Source: Candidatus Aenigmatarchaeota archaeon (GTDB lineage: Archaea; Aenigmatarchaeota; Aenigmatarchaeia; GW2011-AR5). From it: a DNA stretch of 64,000 bases. The notes under the pieces were generated by a model that worked only from the letters and a program-made list of their open reading frames with translations, searched no databases and was not told the DNA's origin. Of this stretch, positions 1 to 9,759 are shown piece after piece (within the stretch, counting starts at the first letter, position 1; each line of letters starts with the position of its first letter). The position numbers and the translations under genes are program-made. The stretch is taken from positions 14,107-78,106 of the forward strand of contig JACPDL010000004.1 of NCBI GenBank assembly GCA_016184005.1, in the 5' to 3' direction.

Positions 1-123
1 CTCGTCGCCTGTTATTATTATCTTCTCGGCGTTGGTAACCGTCACTTCTTCGCCCTTAAGCAGTTCTCTTGCTACGCTGCTCGCGAGCCTTCCCAGCACA
101 GCATTCTTGCCGTTGATGATCAT
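1..123 (-). CDS. rpl13: ribosomal protein L13 (N-terminal part, runs off window)
   Basis: Reverse translation from the ATG at 121-123 gives [41 protein letters not shown], an archaeal L13 N-terminus. It overlaps the L18e stop by 4 nt (ATGA coupling). The L18e-L13 order matches the conserved archaeal operon. Confidence 0.75.
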   Translation of the reverse strand, partial: MIINGKNAVLGRLASSVARELLKGEEVTVTNAEKIIITGDE

Positions 124-491
124 ATAAGAATCCTTCCCTTTTCTTTTGCATCAAATATCTTTTCAAGCTCGAGGCATCTGCCGCCTGCTTGCTTAATCTT
201 CTCCCTTGCTGTCTTCGAATACTTCCAGGCGTAGACGTTGACTTTTTTTATTATCTCGCCGCCGCCGACAACCTTGCCTGGCACAACAACATTCTCGCCA
301 TAGTTTGCATGCCTTTCTATCTTTCCGATATTAACGGCAGATTTCCTTCTTCTCGATTTTTCAAGATGTTTTGCAACAACTAGGTAAAACTTCTCTTTTT
401 TCCTTTTCAGATCGCTGATAAGTTTTTCCATGTTCGGGTCTGTAGGCCCTGTTGGGTGCGGCATAACAAGCTCACATTTAATCAGAAACAT
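120..491 (-). CDS. rpl18e: ribosomal protein L18e
   Basis: 123 aa with PTGPTDPN near the N-terminus and a basic C-terminus; lies between rpoD and rpl13 as in archaeal operons. Confidence 0.7.
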   Translation of the reverse strand: MFLIKCELVMPHPTGPTDPNMEKLISDLKRKKEKFYLVVAKHLEKSRRRKSAVNIGKIERHANYGENVVVPGKVVGGGEIIKKVNVYAWKYSKTAREKIKQAGGRCLELEKIFDAKEKGRILI

Positions 492-511
492 TTAAGTGCC
501 TTCGTTTTGAG

Positions 512-605
512 GCTACAATATCTATAGGAGGTATCGGAACTCGGTATTGTCTGGTTCAATCTCGGCACAATAACCTGCTACAATATCTATAGGAGGTATC
601 GGAAC
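512..605. repeat. CRISPR-like mini-array: two perfect 29-bp direct repeats (GCTACAATATCTATAGGAGGTATCGGAAC) separated by a 36-bp unique spacer
   Basis: Seen directly: repeat at 512-540 and at 577-605, spacer 541-576. No cas genes in the window. Confidence 0.45.
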
Positions 606-1083
606 CTAGGTTCTGATGCCGGGGAAGAGATATTCTAAGCGTTTCTTTTCCAGGGTTTTCTTTTTGAAAGAAAAGCCTTTTCGAACTCTTGAAGGCACTA
701 AGCCACAGGATTTCTATCACAGCAGCAGCCTTACTGCGTTCTAGACTTAAGCTGTGTCTTAAGTAAGGCCCGATTATTTCTTTCGCAATAACCGTCCTGC
801 CCCTTTGGCCATTCCCTAGCTCTTTTGCTTAAACTGGTTTTTCGCAAGCGTTTTTGCGCGCTTTTCCCGCTTTTTTCAGTTTTTTTCAGTTTTTTTCCGC
901 AAGCGCTTTTTGCGAAGCAAAAAGGGCTTCTCGGGAACCCCGGCCCTGCAATTATAGTCATGCAAAGAAAGAATCGATATATACTTTCTTTGCTGACTAT
1001 ATGTGAAGCAAATAAATTATATCCTGTTTATTTATTTGCTTCACTATAATCTTGGAAAGAAGGAATTAAAAGTAGTTGTGCGT

Positions 1084-1446
1084 TCAAGCATCCAGTATTT
1101 TCTCGAATTCCCTGAATTTGTCCAGATGTCTCTTCAAGGCATTTTGTCGAAGGGACTCAGGCAGCCTATCCAGCATATGCGGGGTTCTGTCAAGAACTCC
1201 CCCGCCGGTTGATACAACATATACAATCTCGGCTCCTTCAGGACTCTCAGTTATTTGCAAGAGATCAGCAGGCTCCTTTGGAACTTCGATGACGCTTATT
1301 GCTCCTTTGTAAGATGTTAACCATTTTGCGAAAGTATAGCTTTTATTGCAGTGCCTTACGACTCTGTGCTCCTGATAAGCTTCTTCATCCGCGTGCCTTA
1401 CTCTGCATGATCTTCCAACGGACAATTCAATCGTCATAAGAATCAC
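1084..1446 (-). CDS. hypothetical protein, translationally coupled downstream of rpoD
   Basis: 120-aa ORF overlapping the rpoD stop by 4 nt; no recognisable motif. Confidence 0.4.
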   Translation of the reverse strand: MILMTIELSVGRSCRVRHADEEAYQEHRVVRHCNKSYTFAKWLTSYKGAISVIEVPKEPADLLQITESPEGAEIVYVVSTGGGVLDRTPHMLDRLPESLRQNALKRHLDKFREFEKILDA

Positions 1447-2219
1447 AGCTTCTTCTTCGCCTCGGCCAGGAAATCTTCTGCCTTCTGCTCCAATACATCC
1501 AGCGCGCTCTCAACGATTTCCCGCGGCTTCAGCCCCGACACGGATTCTATGGTGAATATGAACGAATTCTCGTCAGCCTTGACAGTCACGCCGTCGCTGG
1601 CCTCGACGCATCTCATGCAGAGTATGCAGCTGGATTCCTTTGCCACTCTGGGTTTGCCGTCGCGTTTTTCAAAAACATGCGTGGGGCATACGTCCGCTAT
1701 TTCCGGGCTGGCTTTTTCAGGGTTTACGCGAACAACAGGAAAATTCTGATACCCGACAACAGCCGCCTGCCACTTCACATGTTCCTTCCCGAAGCCTAGC
1801 TGTGCCGTAGCTGAAAACTTGAGTTTCTGCCTTTCCAGGAGTTCAACTATTGGAATATTCGGATCGATTGATGCAGCGTCTGCGTCGCTTTTCATGTCAC
1901 CTGCAGTTACAATACAGGGTCCTTCTTTTTCAACAACAAATGTAATTTCGCAGTTAGCGCAGCCTTTACCCCCGCATTTGCAGTCTTCTTTGAGCCTGTA
2001 CATTTTCTGGTCGAATAAAAGCGGGATCAGGCCAAGCCTGTGGGCAACAGCCTCATCAAAAAGCCCGGAAGTATTCTCTTCAAAATCCACGTCCTCGATA
2101 GCCATTATTGGTATCTCGCCGAACATAGTCCTTCGCAGTGCGTTAGCGAAGGCAAAATCTATTCCTTCTGCAACAAATTTCAGTTTTGTGCCGTTGTGTT
2201 CGAGAATTTTAACCTGCAT
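1443..2219 (-). CDS. rpoD: DNA-directed RNA polymerase subunit D (Rpo3) with ferredoxin-like Cys-rich insert
   Basis: 258 aa containing CPTHVF...CILCMRCVEA and CKCGGKGCANC cysteine clusters, typical of archaeal RpoD; sits after S11 as in the archaeal S13-S4-S11-RpoD operon. Confidence 0.85.
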   Translation of the reverse strand: MQVKILEHNGTKLKFVAEGIDFAFANALRRTMFGEIPIMAIEDVDFEENTSGLFDEAVAHRLGLIPLLFDQKMYRLKEDCKCGGKGCANCEITFVVEKEGPCIVTAGDMKSDADAASIDPNIPIVELLERQKLKFSATAQLGFGKEHVKWQAAVVGYQNFPVVRVNPEKASPEIADVCPTHVFEKRDGKPRVAKESSCILCMRCVEASDGVTVKADENSFIFTIESVSGLKPREIVESALDVLEQKAEDFLAEAKKKL

Positions 2220-2255
2220 AATACCACAGAAATTTCATCAGCAAAGGATTAAAAC

Positions 2256-2654
2256 CTATTTTAGCTTCTTTAGAACTTTGTCAAGCTTTCCCTCTATAAC
2301 ATCCAGTCTTTTCCCGATATCATCCCATGCGTCCAGCATTATCTCGTGAGGCGGTTTTGGCCTTGCTCCGGGAGGCAAAGGTCTTTCTTTTCTCAGGAAA
2401 TCCAGAATCCTTTTGTCTTTCAAAGAATAATATTTCTTGCCGTCTTTTACAGAACTTGTGACAAGCCCTATTTCTTCAAGCAAAGTCAGATGAAAATCAA
2501 CTGTCTGTGGTTTTTTCCCGAGTTCTTTGGATATTTCAGTCAGATATTTGTCGTCTTTCGCAAGGGTAAGAAGTATTTCCCTTCTCATTTCTGACGCCAA
2601 AGCTTTGTGGACAATGTCTTCAAAAAGCGGCATATGATCATCTTCTACTATCAT
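2256..2654 (-). CDS. winged-helix (ArsR-like) transcriptional regulator inserted between rps11 and rpoD
   Basis: 132 aa; the HTH segment ILLTLAKDDKYLTEISKELGKKPQTVDFHLTLLEEIGLV is followed by a wing and a coiled C-terminus. Confidence 0.55.
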   Translation of the reverse strand: MIVEDDHMPLFEDIVHKALASEMRREILLTLAKDDKYLTEISKELGKKPQTVDFHLTLLEEIGLVTSSVKDGKKYYSLKDKRILDFLRKERPLPPGARPKPPHEIMLDAWDDIGKRLDVIEGKLDKVLKKLK

Positions 2655-3031
2655 AGAAAACTCGAAAGCTTTAAATAGTTTGTATTTCTATTATTCTATG
2701 AAACTCGAAAGCAGGAGGTGATAAAAATGCCGCAATGGGAACCGCCGGAAACCGCAGAGGAGCCTTTGTTGCACAGGATGCATCCGCGGGAAATTGAGAC
2801 AACATTGTATGCTATAGGACTAGGCGTACAAACTACACAGCAGTATCCGCATAGAGAACAACTCCATCAAGCCCTGAGAAAGTATGGATTTGATGGCAGC
2901 TGTTTGGATTGCGTAGGCAGAGTCGCAAGAGCAGAAGGCACATTGGTAGGTCAGGGACATTTTGAGAGATTATACGAAGAAGAATGCTGGCCATACTTTT
3001 ACGTCAGATAGCAAGAAGGGTTATGCGCGCG

Positions 3032-3430
3032 CTATACCCTTCTTCCGCGTCTGCCACCCTTTTTCTTGCAGCCGTCGTGGGGTATCGGCGTGACGTCTTC
3101 AATGGAGCCAATCCTGAAACCTGCTCTTGCCAAGGCGCGTATTGCCGGCTGTGCTCCCTGGCCGGGCATTTTTGATTTTATTCCTCCCGGGGCTCTTATG
3201 CGTATGTGAAGATTTGTTATGCCCATGGACAATGCCTTTTCTGCTGCCTTTCTTGATGCAACCATGGCTGTGAATGGTTTTCCCTTGTTCATGTCTTTAT
3301 CCGACACCATGCCGCCTGAGACTGTTGCAATAGTCTCGCTGCCTGTAACGTCGGTTATATGTATGATAGTATTGTTTAGCGACGAAAAAATATGCGCGAC
3401 TCCCCATCGTTCTTTGTCCATTTCATTCAA
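3032..3430 (-). CDS. rps11: ribosomal protein S11
   Basis: C-terminus [57 protein letters not shown] is diagnostic of S11. Confidence 0.85.
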   Translation of the reverse strand: MNEMDKERWGVAHIFSSLNNTIIHITDVTGSETIATVSGGMVSDKDMNKGKPFTAMVASRKAAEKALSMGITNLHIRIRAPGGIKSKMPGQGAQPAIRALARAGFRIGSIEDVTPIPHDGCKKKGGRRGRRV

Positions 3431-3939
3431 CTCTTTGCTTCTTCTTTTTCATTTTTTTCCTTTTCCATGACAGCTGTTTTTATCTTCGGGCTGAGGGAAA
3501 CGCTTCCTTCTTCCTCTTGCTTGATTATGTAACTTGGCCACCTGATTCTTCTTCTGTCCACCAGTATGTGGCCGTGAACAATGAGCTGTCTTGCCTGCCT
3601 TGGGCTGTGTGCAAGGCCTTTTTTGTGCACGATTGTCTGCAATCTTCTTGAAAGCAGATCGTTGAGGTTTGCCTCAAGTATATCATCAAGGGTCTGGCAT
3701 TTTATCCCGAGTTTATTTAATTTTTCTATGAGGTCCTTTTCCTTCTTCTTGTCATGATGCGCTTGCAGGTCTCTGGCGCGCCCGCGGAAATCACGCAGCA
3801 CCCCTTCTGCCCTCCATATTTCTTTTTTTCTGCGTAAGCCATAATCCTGTTCGAGCTTTTTCTCTCTTTCTATCCTGTCCTTGTCATAAGGCTTCTGCGG
3901 CCGCGAATATTTCTTTTCCTGTCTTTTCGGGTGTCCCAT
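3427..3939 (-). CDS. rps4: ribosomal protein S4
   Basis: S4-like C-terminal domain ([28 protein letters not shown]); overlaps the rps11 start by 4 nt. Confidence 0.85.
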   Translation of the reverse strand: MGHPKRQEKKYSRPQKPYDKDRIEREKKLEQDYGLRRKKEIWRAEGVLRDFRGRARDLQAHHDKKKEKDLIEKLNKLGIKCQTLDDILEANLNDLLSRRLQTIVHKKGLAHSPRQARQLIVHGHILVDRRRIRWPSYIIKQEEEGSVSLSPKIKTAVMEKEKNEKEEAKS

Positions 3940-4251
3940 GATTAATCACTAGATATATGCGTATACTTCTGCTTTTTCGGTCGCTGATAAAACCTCGTGC
4001 CTGTAAAGGGCTCTTATTGATTCCGCATAATTGTGCCGGCCAGGCGAATCAGGCTGCGTGGATTTATATCCCGCCACCGTGTCCCTGTTTCTTGCTGAAA
4101 AATGTCGTTTTGCATCAGCAAGACATCTCTTTCCGCCCGTCCTGAAAGCTTCCTGAATAGCACCCCTGAAAAATATCTTGGGAGAAGCTTCGCTTCTCCG
4201 AGATTCCAAAAAGCTGCGCTTTTTGAGAATCTTGTGTGCCTGAAGCGTCAT

Positions 4252-4755
4252 TTATTTCTTCTCCTCTTTTGCAGCGGGCTTTGCGGCTTGCAGGATCTTC
4301 TTTTTCACAACACCGACAGTTTTCTGGCTGCGGAATGAGGATCTTGTGCGCTGGCCTCTTACAGGCAGGCCAAATTCATGCCTTACGCCCCTGTAGGCGT
4401 GCATTTTTTTGAGGGTGTTTATGTCCTCCATTTTTTTAAACTGCAATTCAGAACCATATACATGCACATTGGTGCCTGTCTCGGTGTCCTTTCTTCTGTT
4501 CATCATCCACGCCGGCATCTCATTGTTTTCTTTTGCCAGTGATTTCACAAAATTTTCAAGCGTTTTTATCTCTGCTTCGGCCATGGTACCAAGCTTCTTT
4601 TTTCCGTCTATACCGGTCTTCTGGAGTATTGCGTTGGTGAGCATGAAACTTATGCCCGGGATTTTTCTCAAGCTTCTGCTTACAGGAAGCTCGCCGTTTA
4701 TATCAGTTGCAAGAAATCTTACTATCCTCCTGACTTCAGTTTTCTGTTCAGCCAT
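4252..4755 (-). CDS. rps13: ribosomal protein S13
   Basis: N-terminus VRRIVRFLATDINGELPVSRSLRKIPGI matches the S13/S18e family. Confidence 0.85.
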   Translation of the reverse strand: MAEQKTEVRRIVRFLATDINGELPVSRSLRKIPGISFMLTNAILQKTGIDGKKKLGTMAEAEIKTLENFVKSLAKENNEMPAWMMNRRKDTETGTNVHVYGSELQFKKMEDINTLKKMHAYRGVRHEFGLPVRGQRTRSSFRSQKTVGVVKKKILQAAKPAAKEEKK

Positions 4756-4919
4756 TAAATCGCCTTAGCCCACTTGAATTTTCTTGGGTCTCTTCCAAGT
4801 TTCATCATATTTTTTTCGCATTTGAGGGCGTCAAACCACAATATTTTGCCTGTTTTACCGATAACCATCTTCCCCGTCCCCTGCTCTACCTTCTTTGAAC
4901 AAAAACTGCAGTTTGCCAT
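4755..4919 (-). CDS. rpl24e: ribosomal protein L24e (start probably Met-16 of the tracked ORF 4755..4961)
   Basis: MANCSFCSKKVEQGTGKMVIGKTGKILWFDALKCEKNMMKLGRDPRKFKW has the TRASH-type C-x2-C...C pattern of L24e; completes the L7Ae-S28e-L24e operon. Confidence 0.7.
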   Translation of the reverse strand: MANCSFCSKKVEQGTGKMVIGKTGKILWFDALKCEKNMMKLGRDPRKFKWAKAI

Positions 4920-4921
4920 TC

Positions 4922-5110
4922 TTATGCACCGCATCTTCTGTAAACAAGCCTTATGAACCATTCACGAACCAAGGATGGCGGCGCTCCTTGCGCATCCATG
5001 TCTCTTGAAAAAAGTTCGTATGCCTGCCTGGCTCTTTCATCCGACCCCACTCGTTTTGCAACCCGTTGCCGGATATCTTCTTGAAATGCAGTTTCGTATG
5101 ATTCTCGCAT
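4922..5110 (-). CDS. small hypothetical protein (62 aa) embedded between rps28e and rpl24e
   Basis: Using the internal Met of ORF 4922..5155, the ORF exactly fills the gap between the S28e stop (5112) and the L24e start (4919) on the same strand. Confidence 0.35.
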   Translation of the reverse strand: MRESYETAFQEDIRQRVAKRVGSDERARQAYELFSRDMDAQGAPPSLVREWFIRLVYRRCGA

Positions 5111-5111
5111 T

Positions 5112-5318
5112 TTATCGCCTGCCGTAACTGCCTGAGGATTCCATTTCAGTCTCACGAAGCATGAGGATGTCGCCTATCCTTACGGGGCCTATAACATTAC
5201 GCGTCAGTATCTTGCCCTTGTCGCGGCCATCAGCAACCCTGGCTTTTACTCGTAAGACTCCTTTGGCGCCTACCCGCCCTATAATATTGATGACTTCTGC
5301 AGGTGAAGCTTCTTGCAT
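5112..5318 (-). CDS. rps28e: ribosomal protein S28e
   Basis: [52 protein letters not shown] closely follows the S28e consensus. Confidence 0.8.
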   Translation of the reverse strand: MQEASPAEVINIIGRVGAKGVLRVKARVADGRDKGKILTRNVIGPVRIGDILMLRETEMESSGSYGRR

Positions 5319-5417
5319 ATTATCACGTTATTTTGGATGCAAATTTCTCAAAAAGCGCAGCTTTTTGGAATTCCCGAAATCCAAAGGATTTCGGAGTTTC
5401 TCCGAAGATATTCTTGA

Positions 5418-5741
5418 TTACTTCAAAACGTCGCCGAGTTTTTTCTTGCCTTCGCCGGCATCAAGCACAGCTACCGCAGCTGTGGACACCTCTATGCCAG
5501 CCGCACGTCCCAGCTCTGATTTGCTGGATACGCGAACAAGCGGTATTTTTTTCTCGTCGCACAATGGCTGCAGATGCATAGCAATTTCTGGAGGATCGAC
5601 ATCATCTGCAACGACAATAAGCTTGGCTATTCCGCGCTCCACGGCCTTTGTTGCCTCGTTAAGGCCTCTCCTGATTTTTCCTGTTTCGCGAGCTATCTCG
5701 ATCACTTCAAGAATTTCATTGACCTTGTTCATTATATACAC
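5418..5741 (-). CDS. rpl7ae: ribosomal protein L7Ae (K-turn binding)
   Basis: IRRGLNEATKAVERGIAKLIVVADDVDPPEIAMHLQPLCDEKKIPLVRVSSKSELGRAAG is an L7Ae/L30e-family hallmark. Confidence 0.85.
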   Translation of the reverse strand: MYIMNKVNEILEVIEIARETGKIRRGLNEATKAVERGIAKLIVVADDVDPPEIAMHLQPLCDEKKIPLVRVSSKSELGRAAGIEVSTAAVAVLDAGEGKKKLGDVLK

Positions 5742-5866
5742 CCTGGTCTCAAATACAAAGCTGTATTAAGAAACGAAACTATTAAAATTAACCTTTTTAA
5801 GGATTTTATCCGAAAGATTGCTGGGTGCCTTGCATCTTCACCCGTCGTCTGCAATGATGAATTTAG

Positions 5867-6073
5867 ATGCTGGATCTAAAGATAGGTGGTGTTCCGGGTA
5901 TGGAAGAAAGAAGCAAATTCCTGAAAGTAAAATGCGAGAAATGCAAGAACGAGCAGATAATATTTAACAGATGCGCTACAGTAGTTAAATGTCTGGTTTG
6001 TGATGCTGTTTTAGCTGAGCCTACAGGCGGCAAAGCCAACATACAAGCAAGCATTCTGCAGGTTCTGGGTTGA
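5867..6073 (+). CDS. rps27e: ribosomal protein S27e (real start likely the MEERSKF Met near 5900)
   Basis: C4 zinc ribbon [37 protein letters not shown] matches S27e. Confidence 0.75.
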   Translation: MLDLKIGGVPGMEERSKFLKVKCEKCKNEQIIFNRCATVVKCLVCDAVLAEPTGGKANIQASILQVLG

Positions 6074-6119
6074 AGAGAAATCTTGTTTCTTCTTCCAATT
6101 TTCTTCAGGGGTTGATTTT

Positions 6120-6872
6120 ATGGTGAAAAAAAAGGGAGTTCCAGAGGTTGGCGAGCTTGTTATCTGCAGGATAAGCAAGATCAATCCACATTCTGCTTTT
6201 GCCCTTATGGAAGAATACGACATAGAAGGCATGGTGCATATCTCAGAGATCACCAGCGGGTGGGTCAGAGACATAAGACAATTCGTCAAGACAGGCGAAA
6301 CAAAGGTGGCAAGAGTCTTAAGCGTTGACGATCGCGGGCGCGTGTCGCTTTCGCTTAAGCGTGTAGGCGACCTTGACAAGAACAGGAAGATGAAATCCTA
6401 TCGCATGGAACACAGGGCGGAAAAGATGTTAGAGCTGGCTGCCCAGATGCTCAACAAGAAGCCTGAAGAGGCTTATAAGGAAGTGGGCAGCAAACTGATG
6501 GAAGGCATTGGATCTCTTTATGAAGGCTTCCTCGCTGCTATGCAGAAACCGGATTCCCTCCTGAAAATGGGCATTCCGGAGAAATGGATTGCCGTGCTGA
6601 AAGAGATTGCAGAAAAGAACATTGAGCAGAAGGAATTTGAATTCAAGGCAAAACTGGCAATTAAGACTTTTAAACCCGCGGGGATATATGTTATAAAAAG
6701 CATACTGTCAGAAGCAGAAAAAATGCATCTGAAAGTGCATTACATAGCGGCACCCTCGTATTTTGTCAAATATTCATCAAAGAATGCAAAGAAAGGAGAA
6801 AAGGAATTTCAGGAAAAGCTCAACAAGCTTGCGGAAAACAAAGAAGCTGACGTGTCTTTTGTGATTGCATGA
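6120..6872 (+). CDS. eif2a: translation initiation factor 2 alpha subunit (aIF2-alpha)
   Basis: N-terminal S1 domain (PEVGELVICRISKINPHSAFALMEEYDIEGMVHISEI) followed by a helical domain; S27e-aIF2alpha-Nop10 is the conserved archaeal neighbourhood. Confidence 0.8.
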   Translation: MVKKKGVPEVGELVICRISKINPHSAFALMEEYDIEGMVHISEITSGWVRDIRQFVKTGETKVARVLSVDDRGRVSLSLKRVGDLDKNRKMKSYRMEHRAEKMLELAAQMLNKKPEEAYKEVGSKLMEGIGSLYEGFLAAMQKPDSLLKMGIPEKWIAVLKEIAEKNIEQKEFEFKAKLAIKTFKPAGIYVIKSILSEAEKMHLKVHYIAAPSYFVKYSSKNAKKGEKEFQEKLNKLAENKEADVSFVIA

Positions 6873-7021
6873 GATTAAGAAAATGCCCGAAATGCAGCAG
6901 CTATTCGCTTAAGCATGTATGCTGCGGCTCGGCAACAGTCAGCCCGCATCCGGCGAAATATCATCCTGCCCGCGCAGCTTATCTGCGCCTTGCAAAGAAA
7001 CTTGAACATAAAACAGATTGA
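6869..7021 (+). CDS. nop10: H/ACA RNP protein Nop10 (below the ORF-track size cutoff)
   Basis: ATG at 6869 overlaps the aIF2alpha stop; the product MRLRKCPKCSSYSLKHVCCGSATVSPHPAKYHPARAAYLRLAKKLEHKTD has the Nop10 zinc ribbon. Confidence 0.65.
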   Translation: MRLRKCPKCSSYSLKHVCCGSATVSPHPAKYHPARAAYLRLAKKLEHKTD

Positions 7022-7033
7022 TGTTGATTTATA

Positions 7034-7801
7034 ATGCAGACAAAAACGCAGATACTCGAAAGGGTGAAGCTGAACAAACCTGTGCTTATTGAAGGGCTGC
7101 CGGGAATAGGCAATGTTGGCAGGGTTGCTGCGGGCTATCTTATTTCCGAGTTGAAGATGAAGAAATTTGCAGAGCTTTATTCACACCATTTCCTGCCCCT
7201 TGTCATGCTCCAGGAAGACGGAACCGCGAGCTTATTGAAATGCGAGTTCTACTATCAGAAGCAGAACAACCTCATTATTCTGACTGGCGACACGCAGAGC
7301 ATTTCCCCGGAAGGTCATTACGAAGTTTGTGAGGTAATCCTGGATCTCGCTGAAAAGATGGGCGTCAAGGAGATCATAACACTTGGCGGATTTGCAGAAG
7401 GCAAGCAGGTTGACGAACCGCGCGTCGTCGGGGCTGTAAATGACAAATCCCTTCTGAAGAAATATGGAAAGTATGGCATTGATTTTGGAAAAGAGCACCC
7501 GGTTGGCACTGTCGTCGGCGCTAGCGGCCTCCTGTTAGGTCTTGGAAGAAGCCGCGGAATGGATGGCCTGTGCCTGATGGGAGAGACTTTCGGCCTTCCA
7601 CTGATGACGGATCCAAAGGCGGCCGACAGGGTTCTTCACGTGCTTTCAAAGGTTCTCGGCATAAAGCTGGATCTCACAAAGCTTGAAAAGACGATAAAGG
7701 GCATGGAAGACAGGATCAGAACCACAGACAAGATACATAAGAGTATACTGGAACAGATACCAAAACAAGGCAAGGAAGACCAGACGGGATATATTGGCTA
7801 G
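7034..7801 (+). CDS. PAC2-family proteasome assembly chaperone-like protein
   Basis: 255 aa with the GLPGIGNVGRVAAGYL motif; archaeal Nop10 is commonly followed by a PAC2-family gene. Confidence 0.5.
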   Translation: MQTKTQILERVKLNKPVLIEGLPGIGNVGRVAAGYLISELKMKKFAELYSHHFLPLVMLQEDGTASLLKCEFYYQKQNNLIILTGDTQSISPEGHYEVCEVILDLAEKMGVKEIITLGGFAEGKQVDEPRVVGAVNDKSLLKKYGKYGIDFGKEHPVGTVVGASGLLLGLGRSRGMDGLCLMGETFGLPLMTDPKAADRVLHVLSKVLGIKLDLTKLEKTIKGMEDRIRTTDKIHKSILEQIPKQGKEDQTGYIG

Positions 7802-7939
7802 AGAATCAGTTTTGGCCCAATCTAAAAGCTTAAGAATTTGCAGTATGATATGTTCTGAGAACATGTCATCCAGAAAGCATTTAATTGCTTTCTGGGATAA
7901 CAGATAGGCTGTTTAACACTTATTTTCTGAGGATGAAAA

Positions 7940-8134
7940 ATGTTTGAATATAGTGGACTCACAAGATTCGAAAAGACAAGGGTAATATCCGCGCGGGCGC
8001 TGCAGTTATCAATGGGAGCGCCAGTGCTCATTAAGACACACCTGCACGAACCGAAAGAGATAGCTAAACTTGAATTCGAGAAGAACGTACTGCCCATAAC
8101 CGTGAAAAGGCGGGCACCTGTGAAAAATGACTGA
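7940..8134 (+). CDS. rpoK: RNA polymerase subunit K (Rpo6)
   Basis: LTRFEKTRVISARALQLSMGAPVLI is the RpoK/Rpb6 signature. Confidence 0.8.
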   Translation: MFEYSGLTRFEKTRVISARALQLSMGAPVLIKTHLHEPKEIAKLEFEKNVLPITVKRRAPVKND

Positions 8135-8151
8135 ATTCTGCTGGTGATTAT

Positions 8152-8739
8152 ATGCCTGTGAAAAAAGAGAAACTATTGGTGCCGAGAGAACAGTACCTCT
8201 CAGCAGGCGTTCACATAGGGCTGACTGCCAAGACAGCCGACATGGAAAAGTTCATATACAAAGTAAGGCCAAACGGGCTTGCTGTGCTTAATGTCGCTAC
8301 AATCGACAAGCGAATAGGCTATGTTGCAAACATGCTTGCTGGAAAGAAGAACGTGCTTGTTGTATCCAGAAAAGAAAACGGCCAAGATGCAGCAAGAAAG
8401 TTTGCAGAATTGATAGGTGCTAAGTCAATACTTGGCAGATTCATGCCTGGATCGCTTACAAATCCTACTTACAAGGAATTCTTCGAGCCCGACATAATTG
8501 TCATCACAGACCCTCTGGCAGACAAGCAGGTGATGAAAGAAGCTGTCCAGATGCGCATCCCTATTATAGGATTAGCTGACACATTCAACGAGACTACTTT
8601 CCTTGATGTAATAATCCCCTGCAACAACAAAGGCAAGAAGTCTCTGGCCTTAGTCTACTGGATACTTGCAAAACTCATAACTGAAAAGCGCAAGGAGAAG
8701 TTTGAAGCCACACTGGAAGATTTTGGTTACGAGAAATAG
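8152..8739 (+). CDS. rps2: ribosomal protein S2
   Basis: LLVPREQYLSAGVHIGLTAKTADMEKFIYKVRPNGLAVLNV matches S2/Sa; follows rpoK as in archaeal operons. Confidence 0.85.
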   Translation: MPVKKEKLLVPREQYLSAGVHIGLTAKTADMEKFIYKVRPNGLAVLNVATIDKRIGYVANMLAGKKNVLVVSRKENGQDAARKFAELIGAKSILGRFMPGSLTNPTYKEFFEPDIIVITDPLADKQVMKEAVQMRIPIIGLADTFNETTFLDVIIPCNNKGKKSLALVYWILAKLITEKRKEKFEATLEDFGYEK

Positions 8740-8757
8740 TTGGCAACAATTAGAATA

Positions 8758-9648
8758 TTATAACTTAACAACTGCTCTTCTCATTTCTTCAAGTACCCGT
8801 GCTTCATATATTGCTCTTGCTTGAGCCCTGCTTGCAATCGCTTGCTCTTTCTTATCTTCCAGAACCTTAAGCCCTGTTTCAGTATTAAAATCAATAGCAG
8901 GTAACTTTTGGAAAGGTTCTATTATCTTGTACAATTGATCTGCAGTGATATCAAATCTGCCTTGAATAAATTGTCCCGTTTCATTATCATATCCGCCTAC
9001 TATAGAGGCTTTGCTTTTTCCATGACCAACAAAATCGTGTCGTACACAATTGTCTACAAGTTGTGATACAACTACTCCATATTCAGGAGCATCATATTTG
9101 TTTGTTCTTTCACTGAATTGGCGTGTAATTCTTGTATTGTTCTTGAGACTCTTAACTGCTTTTTTTCCGCCCAGAATATCTTCAGCTTCTTTCAATTTAC
9201 GCGCGGTTTCTCTTGCCTGTTCTGCTTTTATGCGCGCTTCTTTCAATTGAGCATCTACTTTTGTTTTTTCTTCAGTTGGGAGTCTATCATACGTTAAAGA
9301 TCCAACAAGTGGCATATCGTCACGATCAGCATCATCAAGCTCCTCTGGCCTGTATCCATTTCTGCGCCTCTGTCCAACAGCATAGCCCACGCCACCAGCT
9401 GCGCTAGTTATCAACGTTGTTGCTAGTGCGTAAGTTGCTGCGTTAGCCAGCTTATATCTAGCATCGTTAGCAATATCAGGAGTCGGTTGCTGTTTACTGT
9501 ATATTCTTTCTTCTACGACGGCAGGAGCAGTTGCTTGGGTATTGCCAGTCGTGTTGTAGCCGACTAAAGCGGCAGCTGATACAAATAATGCCGCTACTGA
9601 TCTTTTGAGCCACCCCATATGTAACCACTCTTTAGTACTATAAAGCAA
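8758..9648 (-). CDS. hypothetical secreted/membrane-anchored coiled-coil protein in an AT-richer island
   Basis: 296 aa with an N-terminal hydrophobic segment and a K/E-rich coiled coil; composition looks AT-richer than the flanking r-protein genes (judged by eye). Confidence 0.5.
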   Translation of the reverse strand: MLYSTKEWLHMGWLKRSVAALFVSAAALVGYNTTGNTQATAPAVVEERIYSKQQPTPDIANDARYKLANAATYALATTLITSAAGGVGYAVGQRRRNGYRPEELDDADRDDMPLVGSLTYDRLPTEEKTKVDAQLKEARIKAEQARETARKLKEAEDILGGKKAVKSLKNNTRITRQFSERTNKYDAPEYGVVVSQLVDNCVRHDFVGHGKSKASIVGGYDNETGQFIQGRFDITADQLYKIIEPFQKLPAIDFNTETGLKVLEDKKEQAIASRAQARAIYEARVLEEMRRAVVKL

Positions 9649-9759
9649 AAGGCTTATAAGCCTTTTGCATGCACGGCTCGTAGCAGAAACTAACTTATTA
9701 CTTGATATTTATTGTACGTGAAAAACATTAAAAACCAGCTTATAATATCATGGTCACCA

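Noticed and set aside
3949-4251. 100-aa ORF between rps13 and rps4
   Set aside because: Spans an HPR hairpin-repeat insertion (4185-4245); the same repeat generates similar pseudo-ORFs at other sites (for example 38109..38513 and 46305..46508).
5161-5769. 202-aa plus-strand ORF
   Set aside because: Antisense to the S28e and L7Ae genes, which have strong motif support; it also spans an HPR repeat.
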